Shown here piece by piece: positions 1 through 10,380 of a stretch of DNA of 60,479 nt (its first letter is position 1; each line of letters begins with the position of its first letter). The notes below the pieces were generated by a model that was not told the DNA's origin, searched no databases, and saw nothing but the letters and a program-made list of their open reading frames with translations. This stretch comes from an uncultured Bryobacteraceae bacterium (lineage in GTDB: Bacteria > Acidobacteriota > Terriglobia > Bryobacterales > Bryobacteraceae), in NCBI GenBank assembly GCA_955652915.1, contig CATPCJ010000247.1, positions 1-60,479 of the forward strand, in the 5' to 3' direction. A program made the position numbers and the translations under genes.

Positions 1-1380
1 CTTCCCGAAGTGAAGCGCGCCATGGACGAAGCCTCGCGCGGTTACGTGCAGATGGACGAGCTGATGGAGGGCGTCGGAAAGCGGCTGGCTGAGCTCACTG
101 GGGCTGAGTGGGGCATCGTGACGGCCGGGTGCTGTGCTGCGTTGACCAATTGCACCGCGGCGGCGATCGCCGGCTATAACCCGGAAAGGATGCAGCGTCT
201 GCCCGACCTCAGGGGGTTGAAGAACGAGGTCATCATTCCCAAATATTCACGCAACGTGTACGACCATGCCATCCGAATGGTGGGAGTGAACATTGTCGAG
301 GTGCGCGACAAGGGCGAATTGGAGTCCGCCTTTCGTGACCGCACTGCAATGGTGTACATACTTGGCGGACCCGGTGATGACGGACCGCTTGGCACGCGGG
401 TTATCTCAGAGGTGGCCAAGCGAAAGAACGTCCCGGTGATCGTCGACGCGGCGGCGGAGATCCTGACTCTAAAACCAAATGTACACCTGGAGCGCGGAGC
501 GACGGCGGTGGCCTACAGCGGCGGCAAATGCATTCGCGGACCGCAGGCCGCCGGACTTCTTCTGGGAGAAAAGAAATGGCTCCAGGCCGCTTGGGCAAAC
601 AGCGCGCCGCATCATGCCTTTGGACGCTCCTTGAAGGTCGGTAAAGAAGAGATCATGGGGATGCTCGCGGCAGTGGAAATGTGGGTGAAACGCGACCATA
701 AAGCAGAATGGGCCGAATGGGAGGCTCGGCTGGACCGTGTCGCGACGCGGGTGAAGGGGATCGACGGCGTGACGGCGAAAATAGCGCAGCCGAGCGAGGA
801 CCTTTCGAATCGCACCCCACGGCTTGTCATTGAGTGGGATGGCGCGAAGCTCGGAATCACGGGTCAGGAAGTACACAAGCTTCTAGGCGATACGGAACCG
901 CGCATCATCCTGGCGTCGGGACGCGGCAGCCGGCCGGACAATATGGCGAGCTCGGTCTCGGTGGTTCCATATATGTTGATGCCCGGCGAAGAGAAGGTGG
1001 TCGCGGACCGTCTTTACGCGGTGCTTTCCAAACCCCCGAAATTTGAGAATCCCTCCGTGCCACAGGGCGAGCCCGCGGCAATCGGCGGTGTATGGGATGC
1101 GCATCTCGAATTCGGCCGGGGATCGGCGACCCATTCGATCCACCTGGAGCAGGACGGCACGAAATTGGAGGGACAGTACGTAACCGATATCTTCGGATCG
1201 GCTCCGCTGCGGGGCACGGTGGCCGCCAACACGGTTCGCTTGCAGACATCCTTCCAGATTCAGGGCCAGCGGCTTTCGTACACACTTACGGGAACCGTCG
1301 ATGGCGACAGGATGGCGGGTGTCGTCAATATGGGCGAGTACGGGGAAACGAGTTGGATCGCGCAGAGGAATCGGCACTGA
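1..1380 (+). CDS. SelA-family PLP-dependent enzyme (selenium-transferase-like / DgaE-type ammonia-lyase-like); 5' end probably outside window
   Basis: The frame of ORF 10..1380 stays open back to nt 1. The motif AYSGGKCIRGPQAAGLL resembles the SelA-family PLP-lysine segment. There is an extra ~110-aa C-terminal domain. A RidA gene follows 28 nt downstream. Confidence 0.6.
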   Translation, partial: LPEVKRAMDEASRGYVQMDELMEGVGKRLAELTGAEWGIVTAGCCAALTNCTAAAIAGYNPERMQRLPDLRGLKNEVIIPKYSRNVYDHAIRMVGVNIVEVRDKGELESAFRDRTAMVYILGGPGDDGPLGTRVISEVAKRKNVPVIVDAAAEILTLKPNVHLERGATAVAYSGGKCIRGPQAAGLLLGEKKWLQAAWANSAPHHAFGRSLKVGKEEIMGMLAAVEMWVKRDHKAEWAEWEARLDRVATRVKGIDGVTAKIAQPSEDLSNRTPRLVIEWDGAKLGITGQEVHKLLGDTEPRIILASGRGSRPDNMASSVSVVPYMLMPGEEKVVADRLYAVLSKPPKFENPSVPQGEPAAIGGVWDAHLEFGRGSATHSIHLEQDGTKLEGQYVTDIFGSAPLRGTVAANTVRLQTSFQIQGQRLSYTLTGTVDGDRMAGVVNMGEYGETSWIAQRNRH

Positions 1381-1408
1381 GATCGGTAATTAACTAAAGG
1401 AGACGTGA

Positions 1409-1873
1409 ATGACCAAATCGAATCGGCGTAATTTTCTTGGACGTGGAGCGGTGACAGCCGCTGCCGCCGCGGCGGTTGTAGCGGTCCCCGCCAAGGCACA
1501 GGACAAACCGGCCAAGCGAGTGATCTATCGCAACGGCAAGAAACCGGCCAAGACGCCGCTGTTCAGCGGCACTGTCGCTTACGGCAACTTGCTGTTCATC
1601 TCGGGCGTGGGGTACCACAAGGAAGGCGACATCGCGGTACATACCAAGGCGGTGCTGGACCAGATCCAGCAGCAACTCGAGAGCGCCGGCTCCTCAATGG
1701 ACAAAGTTCTCAAGTGCAACGTCTATCTGAACGACCTGAAAGACTACGCGGGAATGAATGAAGTGTTCCAGGGCCGCTTTGGCGAGGAGCCTCCGGTGCG
1801 TACGACCATCGCGGCCGCCGGCGGCATCCCGGGGAATTCGCTGGTGGAGATCGACGTAATCGCCTGCCTCTAA
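1409..1873 (+). CDS. RidA/YjgF/L-PSP family deaminase with twin-arginine signal peptide
   Basis: AAGGAG RBS. N-terminus SNRRNFLGRGAVTAAAAAAVVAVPAKA carries a Tat motif. The body and ending (PVRTTIAAAGGIPGNSLVEIDVIA) are typical of RidA. Confidence 0.8.
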   Translation: MTKSNRRNFLGRGAVTAAAAAAVVAVPAKAQDKPAKRVIYRNGKKPAKTPLFSGTVAYGNLLFISGVGYHKEGDIAVHTKAVLDQIQQQLESAGSSMDKVLKCNVYLNDLKDYAGMNEVFQGRFGEEPPVRTTIAAAGGIPGNSLVEIDVIACL

Positions 1874-1893
1874 GCACGAGACTCATTACCCCG

Positions 1894-4695
1894 TTACGGG
1901 GCGATCGCCAGGGTAGCTCCGGGTTGGGTGGAGACTCCACCGACGGTAATCACAATCGGCTGCAAGCCAGCAGGAACACCTTGGGGGATCTCCAAATTGA
2001 ATTGGTAGAGACCGACCGAGCCTGCCGACATGCCGGCGAATTTCACGTTCGACGCCGCAAGTTGCAGTCCTCCAATCGTGACTGTGATGGGACTGGCAAG
2101 CAGCACGGTACCCACCGTTGGAACCCCGGCCGTGGAAGGCGGAGTGGTGGCTCCAAAACCGGTGCCATAAATCGTCACGATTGCACCCACCGGGACTGGC
2201 GCGGCTTCTGAGATCGGTTGGCTAGTCAAGGCATTAATGCCAGCCACCAGTCCCTGCCCAAATTGCAATGTGAACAAGGCCGGAGAGAAGGCGGCGATAG
2301 GCACCGAGACGCTGTTGCCTGGCGTTCCCGTTGTGCAATCGTTCTCGACAGCTCCGGTGTTGACAACTACTGTCGCAGTGCCTGAATTTCCTAGCGTGGA
2401 AATCGCCTGCGCGTTAATTTGACCCGGCGAAACAAAGAACAACGGCGCGCACACTCCATTGATTTGAACGCCGGTACCCTGGATCACAAATGGCAGTGCC
2501 CCGTTCACCAGACTGACGACTCCAGCGGGCGCAAACGCCTCGTTGACGCCGAAGATGCTGATGATGGTATTGGCTGAGACCGCGTTGTTCGGGGCGGGGA
2601 TGAAGCTACCGCCGTTGATGGTTCCGCCGACGGAAAGCGTAGCGGGAATCACCATCGGATTGAAGCCTTGCTCAGCAAAAGCCGCGAAGGCTGTGGCGGA
2701 TAAGCTGAGACGAGCCGGGACACAGCCAAAGGGCGTGTTGATGCATTGATCGTAAGGTTGAACGTTTTGGCTCAAAATGGCGGCCACCAAACCATTGCCG
2801 TCGCCATTGGGTGCGTTTTGCTGAGCCTGCTGAATCTGGCTCAAGTAAGAATTGGCCTGGGAAACGAAGTCATCCGTGGCGCTTCCCCGATAAAGGCTCT
2901 GTACGAACTTCAGGGCCACGATGACCTGCCCGGTGTACTGCCAACCGATTCCGTCAGTCCCCGGCGCAACTCCCGCCGGAGCAACGGGCTGTTGAACCGC
3001 ATTAAATCCCAGGTAAGTCTGACCTCCGGCGGTTACCCGCTTGGACTGCGCCAAAACCCCACGCATCGCGCCGGCCCAGTTCAGGGTGCGGTAGGCCGGC
3101 GCCGAGGCCATCGCCAGCGCAGCCAATGTATTGGACTCGAGAGCGTCATAAGCATTGATGGCATCGTCACCCTTGAGCGTCCCGTTCGGCATAACCCCGA
3201 TAGTCAGGTCCTGCTGTTGGCCCCGAGGAACGGTGCCTTGGAAAAACTGGCCGTTCGGTTCCATCATGCTCTGCACAAAGCTTCCAGCAATGCCGGCTCG
3301 CCGCTCCCACTCGGCGGCCGCCATCGAATTCCCGGCCGACGCTTCGGCAGCGGCTAGGAAGTGAAATGCCGCATAGATCAAGGCGTTCCCTGAAGTCCAC
3401 TTGACCTTCAAGGGGGTCTGCGCTCCGTCCACGAATCCCTGGAAGTAACCGCCGTAGCCGGTTGTACTCGGATCGAGCATGGTTCCATAAATCCAATTTC
3501 CGATGGTCCTAGCGTCCGCCAGATAGTTCGATTTGTTTAAAGCAGTAAATCCATGCAAGAAGGCGAGGATGGCCCAAGCGTTCGACGTAGCGCCGGCGCC
3601 ATTGAAGACCACGTTGAAAGAAGGGCCAACGGAAAAGCCACAGAGGCGCACGTCTCCCGCTTTGGATCCGCCGGTTTGAACATTCAACAAAGCGATATCG
3701 CCAGCGCTGTAGCAGTTGTATAGTCCGCGCGAACCATCCGGGCTTGCGGGCAGCGGAAGCCCCTGGTTGGGATGCGCCAAGGCGTAATCGAGAGTGTCCA
3801 GAATCAGGCCCGCCGCCTTCATGTCGCTGGAACTTTTGCGCCGCAGGAAGGCAATTGCGGCCATGGAGACGTCGGCCGTGGGCGCCGCATTCCGGTACAA
3901 CTGGTCAGGAGGGATGGGGACCAGGCCGTTCCTCGCCGCCGACACGGGTAGGATTGGAAGGGTTGAATAGCCGAGCGGAAGCCCCAATGCGTTTGTTTGA
4001 GATGCGGGAACGGGTGTGTACACGATGTTCTGGACGTACAATGTTCCGCCCGAGGGCGCATGTTGGTCATTGGAGACAACGGTCCAAAGAAGATTCGTTT
4101 GGGAAAGATTCGGCGCCGGGGCGATCGCCGTCAGGTCCACGGACATCGGCGTCAAAGTGCCGGGAACGGCGATGTAGGAGCCGGTGGCCCCACCTGCGCC
4201 GAACGCTACATTGATCCCCTGCGGTGACATGGCTTGAAAGGACACTTTTGAGGAGCCCGCGAGATTGTACCCCGCACCGGCTGCGAAGTGAGCCGGCTCG
4301 GTAAAGATAATCCCGCAAAAGTCACCGGTGGATAAAGGAGGAAGCGTGACACGAAGAAGCAATTGGTCCGTGCGCGCCGGATCGGTGGAACACCCTTTCG
4401 GCGCCGAGGCATCGTAGTGACATGCGGTATCGATCGACATAAGGCTGAGGTTCGCGGTAGTGTTCGGCCCTCCGCAAAAGAATCCTCCCGGATCGCCGTG
4501 GTTATACGCCGAATCCGGACTCTCGAAGACCGTAAATGTGGTTTGTTGCCGGGTGACAGCACTGGTCAGGTAGCTATAGGCCTTGGTGCCTATGCCCAGG
4601 TTGGCCGCGCGTACACCTTCCCCGGCGGATGCGGAAGAAGCCGCTCCCAAGATCCCTACCAATAAAACACAAGCGTATGCGCTCAGACCCTTCAT
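1894..4695 (-). CDS. large secreted protein with Solibacter-type C-terminal Ig-like domain
   Basis: Signal peptide MKGLSAYACVLLVGILGAASSASA. The C-terminal ~200 aa (ISIFG...LFFVSPGQINAQ...IYGTGFG...FAGMSAGSVGLYQFNLEIP) follow the TIGR03437-like pattern, recalled from memory and not searched. Confidence 0.7.
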   Translation of the reverse strand: MKGLSAYACVLLVGILGAASSASAGEGVRAANLGIGTKAYSYLTSAVTRQQTTFTVFESPDSAYNHGDPGGFFCGGPNTTANLSLMSIDTACHYDASAPKGCSTDPARTDQLLLRVTLPPLSTGDFCGIIFTEPAHFAAGAGYNLAGSSKVSFQAMSPQGINVAFGAGGATGSYIAVPGTLTPMSVDLTAIAPAPNLSQTNLLWTVVSNDQHAPSGGTLYVQNIVYTPVPASQTNALGLPLGYSTLPILPVSAARNGLVPIPPDQLYRNAAPTADVSMAAIAFLRRKSSSDMKAAGLILDTLDYALAHPNQGLPLPASPDGSRGLYNCYSAGDIALLNVQTGGSKAGDVRLCGFSVGPSFNVVFNGAGATSNAWAILAFLHGFTALNKSNYLADARTIGNWIYGTMLDPSTTGYGGYFQGFVDGAQTPLKVKWTSGNALIYAAFHFLAAAEASAGNSMAAAEWERRAGIAGSFVQSMMEPNGQFFQGTVPRGQQQDLTIGVMPNGTLKGDDAINAYDALESNTLAALAMASAPAYRTLNWAGAMRGVLAQSKRVTAGGQTYLGFNAVQQPVAPAGVAPGTDGIGWQYTGQVIVALKFVQSLYRGSATDDFVSQANSYLSQIQQAQQNAPNGDGNGLVAAILSQNVQPYDQCINTPFGCVPARLSLSATAFAAFAEQGFNPMVIPATLSVGGTINGGSFIPAPNNAVSANTIISIFGVNEAFAPAGVVSLVNGALPFVIQGTGVQINGVCAPLFFVSPGQINAQAISTLGNSGTATVVVNTGAVENDCTTGTPGNSVSVPIAAFSPALFTLQFGQGLVAGINALTSQPISEAAPVPVGAIVTIYGTGFGATTPPSTAGVPTVGTVLLASPITVTIGGLQLAASNVKFAGMSAGSVGLYQFNLEIPQGVPAGLQPIVITVGGVSTQPGATLAIAP

Positions 4696-5094
4696 ATCGC
4701 CCTCCTTGTTGTTGAGCCCGGAACACCCCGACGACCCTCAGGGTAGTCGAGCCGGCGGTGTCCGCACCGTAATCGTACTTGCCAATTTCATATGCGGTAC
4801 GGGACCTCTTTATTTCAGTAGGGAACCTGACAGAAGGCCTCCGGAGGTTGCGCCGGCCAGCCGCGCGGCCCTTCCCCGGTGGCTGGGAGTGTCAGGGCGG
4901 ATGAAACAAGAGTTCAAATACCTGCATGGTTTATAGAAGAACAAGGCGCCTTTGCAATTCCCAGGAGGAGCGCGCTGATGCCCTTAGGGGTTGTCACGAA
5001 ATAACCATGTCCAAAGATCAGCGATCGGCCGCCCGATGCCGGGTTCCGCGGGCGGAAATTTACAACAACCCAATTGCTTAGGAGCAGACCCCAC

Positions 5095-6825
5095 ATGAGT
5101 AAGTTTTACTTGCCGTTGTTAATGACGATGGCTACCGCAGCGCTTTCCGCGGTTGACCGGCCGCGCGGACAAGATCCGTACGCGGCTTACGAATGTGCCC
5201 TGAAGGTGCGCCAGCAGAAATCGACAGGCGCGATCAAGCAATACATTCGCTCCGCCATTTCGGGGAGTCAACTTCCGGCCCCCAAGGATCAGTGTGTCGA
5301 GGACTTGGTCAAACAGAAAGAAACCGACGCCGGCAAAGGAAGCTGGCTGTTATTCATCGCCGAGGTGATGAAGAGCGCCGGCGATTACCGAGCGTTGAGC
5401 TATTATCGGCAGGCGATCAAGGCAGACGACAGAGAGGCTGCGTTTCCCTATTTTCTTGCAGAATATTTGAGGAACTTCAGAGGGCCTCAAGAACCGCTGT
5501 ATCCACAGGCCGAGCAGCAATACATACTTGCTCAACAGACGCTGGACAAGGTGAAGGCCGCGGACAATTGGCGAAAATGGGACGACGAAACTCAAACTCG
5601 TGTCTATCGTAGCCTGGTGGCTCTACACCAGAGAAATGGCCTGCCGCTGGTTTTGCGGAACGGCATTTCGCAGGTCCTGTCCTACGCCTCGATCTTTCGC
5701 CTGGCCCAAACCAACGCCGATTTGGATCGAACGTCAGACATTCGGGACTACACTGCCTCGGCCGCGTTTGCGCAAATCGGAGACCGGAACGGCAAACCCT
5801 TGAATCGTTTGGAATACCGCAGCCTGATCCGCACAGAGACGCCCGTCGACACTTTTGACCGGCTGCGTTTCCGGTACGAGAATCTGCCGGTTGTCGATCT
5901 CATTTATAACTATCGCCACACGACAAATGTGGCGCCCAAGATCTACAAACCGCCGTTCACATTCGTGCCTCTGCAACTGAATACCTGGGGCCTCAACGTT
6001 GCCAAGCCCTTCAGCGTGGGTAACGCCGTGGATGTTTCAATAGAGGGCTCCTTCCGGCAAAGCTGGCGGGAGGGATTGATTGAGTATGTTCCGGAAGGGG
6101 TCGAACATATCAATCAGTTTGAAGGCAAAGCGGCGCTTTCTCGCTTTGTCGGCCCGGACAAACTGAATGTATCGATGGTCTATGTTTACCAGGCGATCAG
6201 CCCGGACGTGCCCAACAATCCAAATCGGGAGCGCACGCTGCTTGCGCCAAGTATTTCGTACCAGTTCTTTCGTCCGTCCACCTTCGGCGAGCATTTTCAA
6301 ACCCGTGGCATCGAGGTGTTCGGCGGCGCACTGCTTGACCGCGAGACCTATCCTGTCCCGCCTGGGGCTAAAGCGGCCGACACCATAGTCCGGCGCCGGG
6401 ACTTTTTTGGCGGGATCGCGGCTCGGGGGCTGGGCGGTGGCCGCTGGGACTTTACCTTTCAGCCGACGTTCTTCTCATCGGTAGTGAGACCGGATCGTAC
6501 TCAGGATAATTCTCAATATCGTTCGAACGTGGTGATTCTCCGCCGAATCGTCGATGAAGAGAAGACTCCTGGCCTCCCCGGCCGGCGGCGGGGAAATCAC
6601 CTGGGGTTTCTGCATCTTGTATTTCCGCTGCAGCACGATGTCGCGCGCACGGGAATCGACGCTTATCGCAACTATAAGGCGGGCGTTGAGCTAGACACCA
6701 TGTGGTACACCACGGCGCGTTCGGGAGTTACCTTTTTAGGAACGTTCCGCTATGACTTTCAGCGTTTCTATGCTCTCAACAAAAATCAGAACCTGTTCGC
6801 TTTCGGCCTGAGCATGGGCTTCTAA
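5095..6825 (+). CDS. putative outer-membrane beta-barrel protein
   Basis: AGGAG RBS before ATG 5095. Signal-like MSKFYLPLLMTMATAALSA. Beta-rich C-terminal part ending FGLSMGF; a terminal Phe is typical of OMPs. The longer ORF begins at 5074. Confidence 0.5.
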   Translation: MSKFYLPLLMTMATAALSAVDRPRGQDPYAAYECALKVRQQKSTGAIKQYIRSAISGSQLPAPKDQCVEDLVKQKETDAGKGSWLLFIAEVMKSAGDYRALSYYRQAIKADDREAAFPYFLAEYLRNFRGPQEPLYPQAEQQYILAQQTLDKVKAADNWRKWDDETQTRVYRSLVALHQRNGLPLVLRNGISQVLSYASIFRLAQTNADLDRTSDIRDYTASAAFAQIGDRNGKPLNRLEYRSLIRTETPVDTFDRLRFRYENLPVVDLIYNYRHTTNVAPKIYKPPFTFVPLQLNTWGLNVAKPFSVGNAVDVSIEGSFRQSWREGLIEYVPEGVEHINQFEGKAALSRFVGPDKLNVSMVYVYQAISPDVPNNPNRERTLLAPSISYQFFRPSTFGEHFQTRGIEVFGGALLDRETYPVPPGAKAADTIVRRRDFFGGIAARGLGGGRWDFTFQPTFFSSVVRPDRTQDNSQYRSNVVILRRIVDEEKTPGLPGRRRGNHLGFLHLVFPLQHDVARTGIDAYRNYKAGVELDTMWYTTARSGVTFLGTFRYDFQRFYALNKNQNLFAFGLSMGF

Positions 6826-6982
6826 CTGGCCGGCGCGTACGCGATCCAATGCGCCTCCCGCAACCGCGACGCTAAGTCATCGTGAGACGAACTGTCCTGG
6901 GCAACCCCAGCGATCACGAAGACGCAGGCAGCGAGAGGCCAACGAATAGTTCTTATCATGAGACGCTCAAGCCCATTCCGAG

Positions 6983-7918
6983 CTACTTGCCGCAAGGTTG
7001 CTTGGAAAAATGGAGATCGTCCAGAAAGACGACACCACCGGTTGGGTTCATGGCCTTGGTCAGAACGATTGTGAACGCGCTCACCACGTTCTTCAAGTCT
7101 TCGCCAGACAAGTCCAGGCAGTACGGCTGCCAGTCTCCTTTTAACTGACGAAACTCGTCGACCACTTCGTGGGAAGCCTCATAGCCAATCTTTACCTGCG
7201 GTCCCGTACCGCCGCCGGATTTGAACTGCACAGTCGGAAAATCGCCTTCCGCGGACCTCAAGCCGCGAGCCCAAATTCGAAGCGAATGTATATCCTGGCC
7301 GGCCAAGTTTTTGCCTTTTGTTTCGCCCCAGTTCATCGTGCCCTGAGTGACGTACTGCCAGCTTACGGCGGCCCACCCGATGTCCCGGGGCTTGTAGTCC
7401 AGTCTGATACTGAATGGCTCGGAGTGCGGATGGTCACGAGAGCGTTCGTTAATAACAACGCCACCGCTCATGGCATCGCCCATGTAACCGGCGGCAACGA
7501 ATCCCAGTTTAATGATGTCGCCAGCCTCTGCAGGGCCGGGAGGTTGTTCAACGCGGGGCTGCTGCAATGGTTGTTCCGCGTTTGCCTTCGGTTTATCGTC
7601 TTTCGTTATTTCGAGGGACAGATCCCTGGTGATCTCGCCTCCGGGCGTGCGAATTCTGCAGATAATAACAAGCGGCCCCGGCGAATTCAGGACAATCTTG
7701 ACGGTGAGATCGGTGTTGGACCCCTCAATGCGAGCGGGCCCCTGCGCCTCCCAGGCCGGCTTCGCATCCCGTGCCAGCTTACCGGCCAACTCCAAGACAA
7801 TCGTTGCGCCAACTCGCGGCGGATCTCCAGATTTTAATTTGATCTCCTGGGCACTGATGGACCCAGTGAGAGCGGCCGCAAAGAAAAACGTGTTGCGAAT
7901 AAAACTATGCATGGTCAT
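6983..7918 (-). CDS. secreted protein, Ig-like N-domain plus beta-sandwich (CBM-like) C-domain
   Basis: Signal peptide MTMHSFIRNTFFFAAALTGSISAQE, a Pro/Gln-rich linker and a GGAG RBS. It starts 12 nt after the stop of the upstream gene. Confidence 0.55.
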   Translation of the reverse strand: MTMHSFIRNTFFFAAALTGSISAQEIKLKSGDPPRVGATIVLELAGKLARDAKPAWEAQGPARIEGSNTDLTVKIVLNSPGPLVIICRIRTPGGEITRDLSLEITKDDKPKANAEQPLQQPRVEQPPGPAEAGDIIKLGFVAAGYMGDAMSGGVVINERSRDHPHSEPFSIRLDYKPRDIGWAAVSWQYVTQGTMNWGETKGKNLAGQDIHSLRIWARGLRSAEGDFPTVQFKSGGGTGPQVKIGYEASHEVVDEFRQLKGDWQPYCLDLSGEDLKNVVSAFTIVLTKAMNPTGGVVFLDDLHFSKQPCGK

Positions 7919-7930
7919 TTTTGAGTCTCC

Positions 7931-9001
7931 TTATTCTTCTCGAACAATCGCATTACCAATACCAATCCCATCCCGACGTTGCAGAATAAACAAAAGCTTC
8001 AAAGGGAGGACAGAATTATTCTGCCGCACACGGTGAATTTCGAATTGCGCGTGGTACCTTCGCAGATCGCCATGGGACGTTCCGGGAAGTATACGCACTG
8101 AACCCAGCATGGGGAAGGTGCACGTCAGACTCGGTGAGCCTTTATCATCCGCGAGGCAGATTGCATGAACCCTCCGGCCCGATCGCGGCAGGTCCTCCGC
8201 GAACAAGTGCAAGACCGCCGGTAGAGGTCCCAATCCTGGCGGAACAAGGAAGACCGGCTCAGGTCCTGGGACTGGTTTCAATCCCAAAGTGACGGGTGTT
8301 ATCGGACCGTTCGGGGGGACTGCAAAACCGCTGATGTCGATCGCCCAGAAACGAGGCGGACAACCCTCGGCACACTGATGCGTAATGGCCCGGCCAATTT
8401 TTTCAATCGCCAGGGAAGGTAGGGCGTTGAGGGCGAGAAACAGGCAGAGTCCCGGCAACCAGAGCCACAGCATCCAGCGCCAAGGCCTGCCCCACCATAT
8501 TCCAGGCAAGCTCTGTCGAGAGATTTTTTGATTCTCGTGGGACTGCAAATAAAATCTTAGATTTTTAGGACAACCCTTTCGGCCGGCAAGTCTCCATAAA
8601 ATCCGAAGCCACCGGGGCCGGAGAAGGCCTGTTTGCCATTCGAAGAAACGTCGCATTACAGACGGCCGCGTGCGTTCGCCAGCGATAGCACGGAACATCG
8701 CCACCCATTCGCGTCGATCAAAGCACGCGCCGGGAATCACGAGCTGGATAGGTGTAGGCCGTCTCGAGCCTCGGTCGATACGCAAAAAGCAACCAAGTTC
8801 CAATACAAGAATGAAGAAGGCGGCAAACATAAACGCGAATTGGTCCATATTTTCCGTCCACCACCGGTTTTCCGGAAAAAACTTCAGGACCCAGAAGTCG
8901 CAGAAGAAAAACCATGCGAGCAAGCTGCCAACTCCCATACGCGCCATGGAACCCAGATTGCCAGTCAATAGGTACTGCAGCACAAGCAGGAAATGATGCA
9001 T
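7931..9001 (-). CDS. integral membrane protein of unknown function (last gene of the coupled operon)
   Basis: Start chosen at ATG 8999-9001, which shares one base with the TGA of the upstream gene (TGATG). Three hydrophobic helices: LLAWFFFCDFWVLKFF, FAFMFAAFFILVLELGCFL, WMLWLWLPGLCLFLALNALPSLAI. The ORF could extend to 9058. Confidence 0.5.
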   Translation of the reverse strand: MHHFLLVLQYLLTGNLGSMARMGVGSLLAWFFFCDFWVLKFFPENRWWTENMDQFAFMFAAFFILVLELGCFLRIDRGSRRPTPIQLVIPGACFDRREWVAMFRAIAGERTRPSVMRRFFEWQTGLLRPRWLRILWRLAGRKGCPKNLRFYLQSHENQKISRQSLPGIWWGRPWRWMLWLWLPGLCLFLALNALPSLAIEKIGRAITHQCAEGCPPRFWAIDISGFAVPPNGPITPVTLGLKPVPGPEPVFLVPPGLGPLPAVLHLFAEDLPRSGRRVHAICLADDKGSPSLTCTFPMLGSVRILPGTSHGDLRRYHAQFEIHRVRQNNSVLPLKLLFILQRRDGIGIGNAIVREE

Positions 9002-9654
9002 CACCCGCCACCTAGCAGAAGGCCCCGCGCCTGAAGCAGAAACAGCCTCTCGATGCACTCCTTACCGCTTGAACACTCGATGACCGGAAGACTTCTTCCA
9101 CCTTCTACCTGAAATTTGTGGACGACGGGTTCTTCCCCGTGTCGCGCGTTCCTCCACGGTACTCCTCCCTGATTCTGTGGGATGACGGCAATTGAAATCG
9201 CCGCCAAGTTCGCCAGCGCGGTGAGTTTGTCCAGGATGGATTTTGGTTCCACGTGCTGGAAGTAACCACAATCGTCGCCGGCGGCTGTAATACCGACGCG
9301 ATCAATACTCAGACACCGAATGTTTTCCGGCATGAGATGCGGATTCAATTCGCACGCCAGCTTGGCCAGGGCGAGAAAGGCCGCCCCAAATATCGATCCT
9401 CCACTTGCGCGCGGAGGAGTCCCTCCATTGAAAGTCACCATGTCCCATTCGATGTAAGTTCCCGCGAAGCATCCTGGGAAACATTCCTTGACCGCGACAT
9501 ATGCGGCTGTGATCACATCATCGAAGGATTTGGTGGCTAGCCGGCCCATTGCGGCCGAAAATTGCAACGGAAGACCGGCAGAGAGTTGTTTGACGATGAG
9601 CCGTGCAACGAAATATCCATTTGCCGAGCCGCATGGGGCGGTACAGAACGGCAT
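9001..9654 (-). CDS. hypothetical protein; possible Lon-protease-like (S16, Ser-Lys dyad) domain
   Basis: ASGGSIFGAAFLALAKLA...VGITAAGDDCGYFQHVEPKSILDKLTALA...IAVIPQNQ parallels the Lon protease-domain pattern DGPSAG.A...AMTGE...G.V.PIGG..EK...IIP..N. Similarity was judged by eye only. Confidence 0.45.
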   Translation of the reverse strand: MPFCTAPCGSANGYFVARLIVKQLSAGLPLQFSAAMGRLATKSFDDVITAAYVAVKECFPGCFAGTYIEWDMVTFNGGTPPRASGGSIFGAAFLALAKLACELNPHLMPENIRCLSIDRVGITAAGDDCGYFQHVEPKSILDKLTALANLAAISIAVIPQNQGGVPWRNARHGEEPVVHKFQVEGGRSLPVIECSSGKECIERLFLLQARGLLLGGG

Positions 9655-9657
9655 GAC

Positions 9658-10380
9658 TTAACTCCCTGCGTGCCAAGGGGCATAGACAAGTGTGATTACG
9701 TCAGTGCCTTCGGGAATTTCGAATCGTCCGTCCCAAGTGGCGATCCATCGTCCTGGCTGCACCGATTCATCGAATTTCGCACGGGCGGACACCAACTTAT
9801 GTTCCTCCGCTGTCCCGTAGCCGGATCGGAAGCTAAAAACTACCGATCCAGTCCCCAACTCCTTAACATTCGTTTCGAACAAGAGATTAAGCGCGGTCGT
9901 TTCAGACGGTATGAGCGTCACTTGAATTCGGGCGTCTATCGGCACAGAGTTGACTCGAACGGGCCGGGGCAAAGCGGAATCTGAAGTAGTGAAGGCAACC
10001 GCGACCCTTGCTTCGCCGATCTCTTCCCCAAGCGATTCCGGTCTGGCCAAAGCGTAGAGGCGATAGCTGGTTTTTTCATCTCGACCGATTTCAAAAATGT
10101 CTGTCGTGCCGTCCTCCCCGAAGTCCAGGAAGTTGATTTTTCCTGAATCGGATTCGAACATTGCTTCCAGCCGATTCCACTCTACTTCGGTGTGGGCGAA
10201 CGCGTGGCAGGCGATAAGCCCCCGCACCATGGCATCCCCTGGCTGGGAGGTGATGATCACGGACAAAGACAGATTCTCGCCCCGCACGTGAGTACCGTAG
10301 CGCGAGTCGAAGGCAAGTTTATTTAGCAATTTCTCGGCCTCCTGAAGCGCCGCGCTTTTTCGCTCAATTCTATCCGTCAT
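9658..10380 (-). CDS. hypothetical protein (beta-rich, no recognisable motif)
   Basis: 240-aa ORF. Its start overlaps the upstream stop by 11 nt, and its stop lies 3 nt before the next start. Confidence 0.5.
   Translation of the reverse strand: MTDRIERKSAALQEAEKLLNKLAFDSRYGTHVRGENLSLSVIITSQPGDAMVRGLIACHAFAHTEVEWNRLEAMFESDSGKINFLDFGEDGTTDIFEIGRDEKTSYRLYALARPESLGEEIGEARVAVAFTTSDSALPRPVRVNSVPIDARIQVTLIPSETTALNLLFETNVKELGTGSVVFSFRSGYGTAEEHKLVSARAKFDESVQPGRWIATWDGRFEIPEGTDVITLVYAPWHAGS

Noticed and set aside
1-1380. SelA-like gene as evidence for selenocysteine incorporation
   Set aside because: No selB, selD, tRNA-Sec or in-frame TGA candidates are visible. The extra C-terminal domain and the RidA partner fit the non-SelA (ammonia-lyase-like) branch better.
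6826-6963. 45-aa minus-strand ORF with a signal-peptide-like start (MIRTIRWPLAACVFVIAGVAQ...)
   Set aside because: It is too short, has no RBS, and ends overlapping the stop of the convergent OMP gene. It may be a truncated remnant but cannot be supported.
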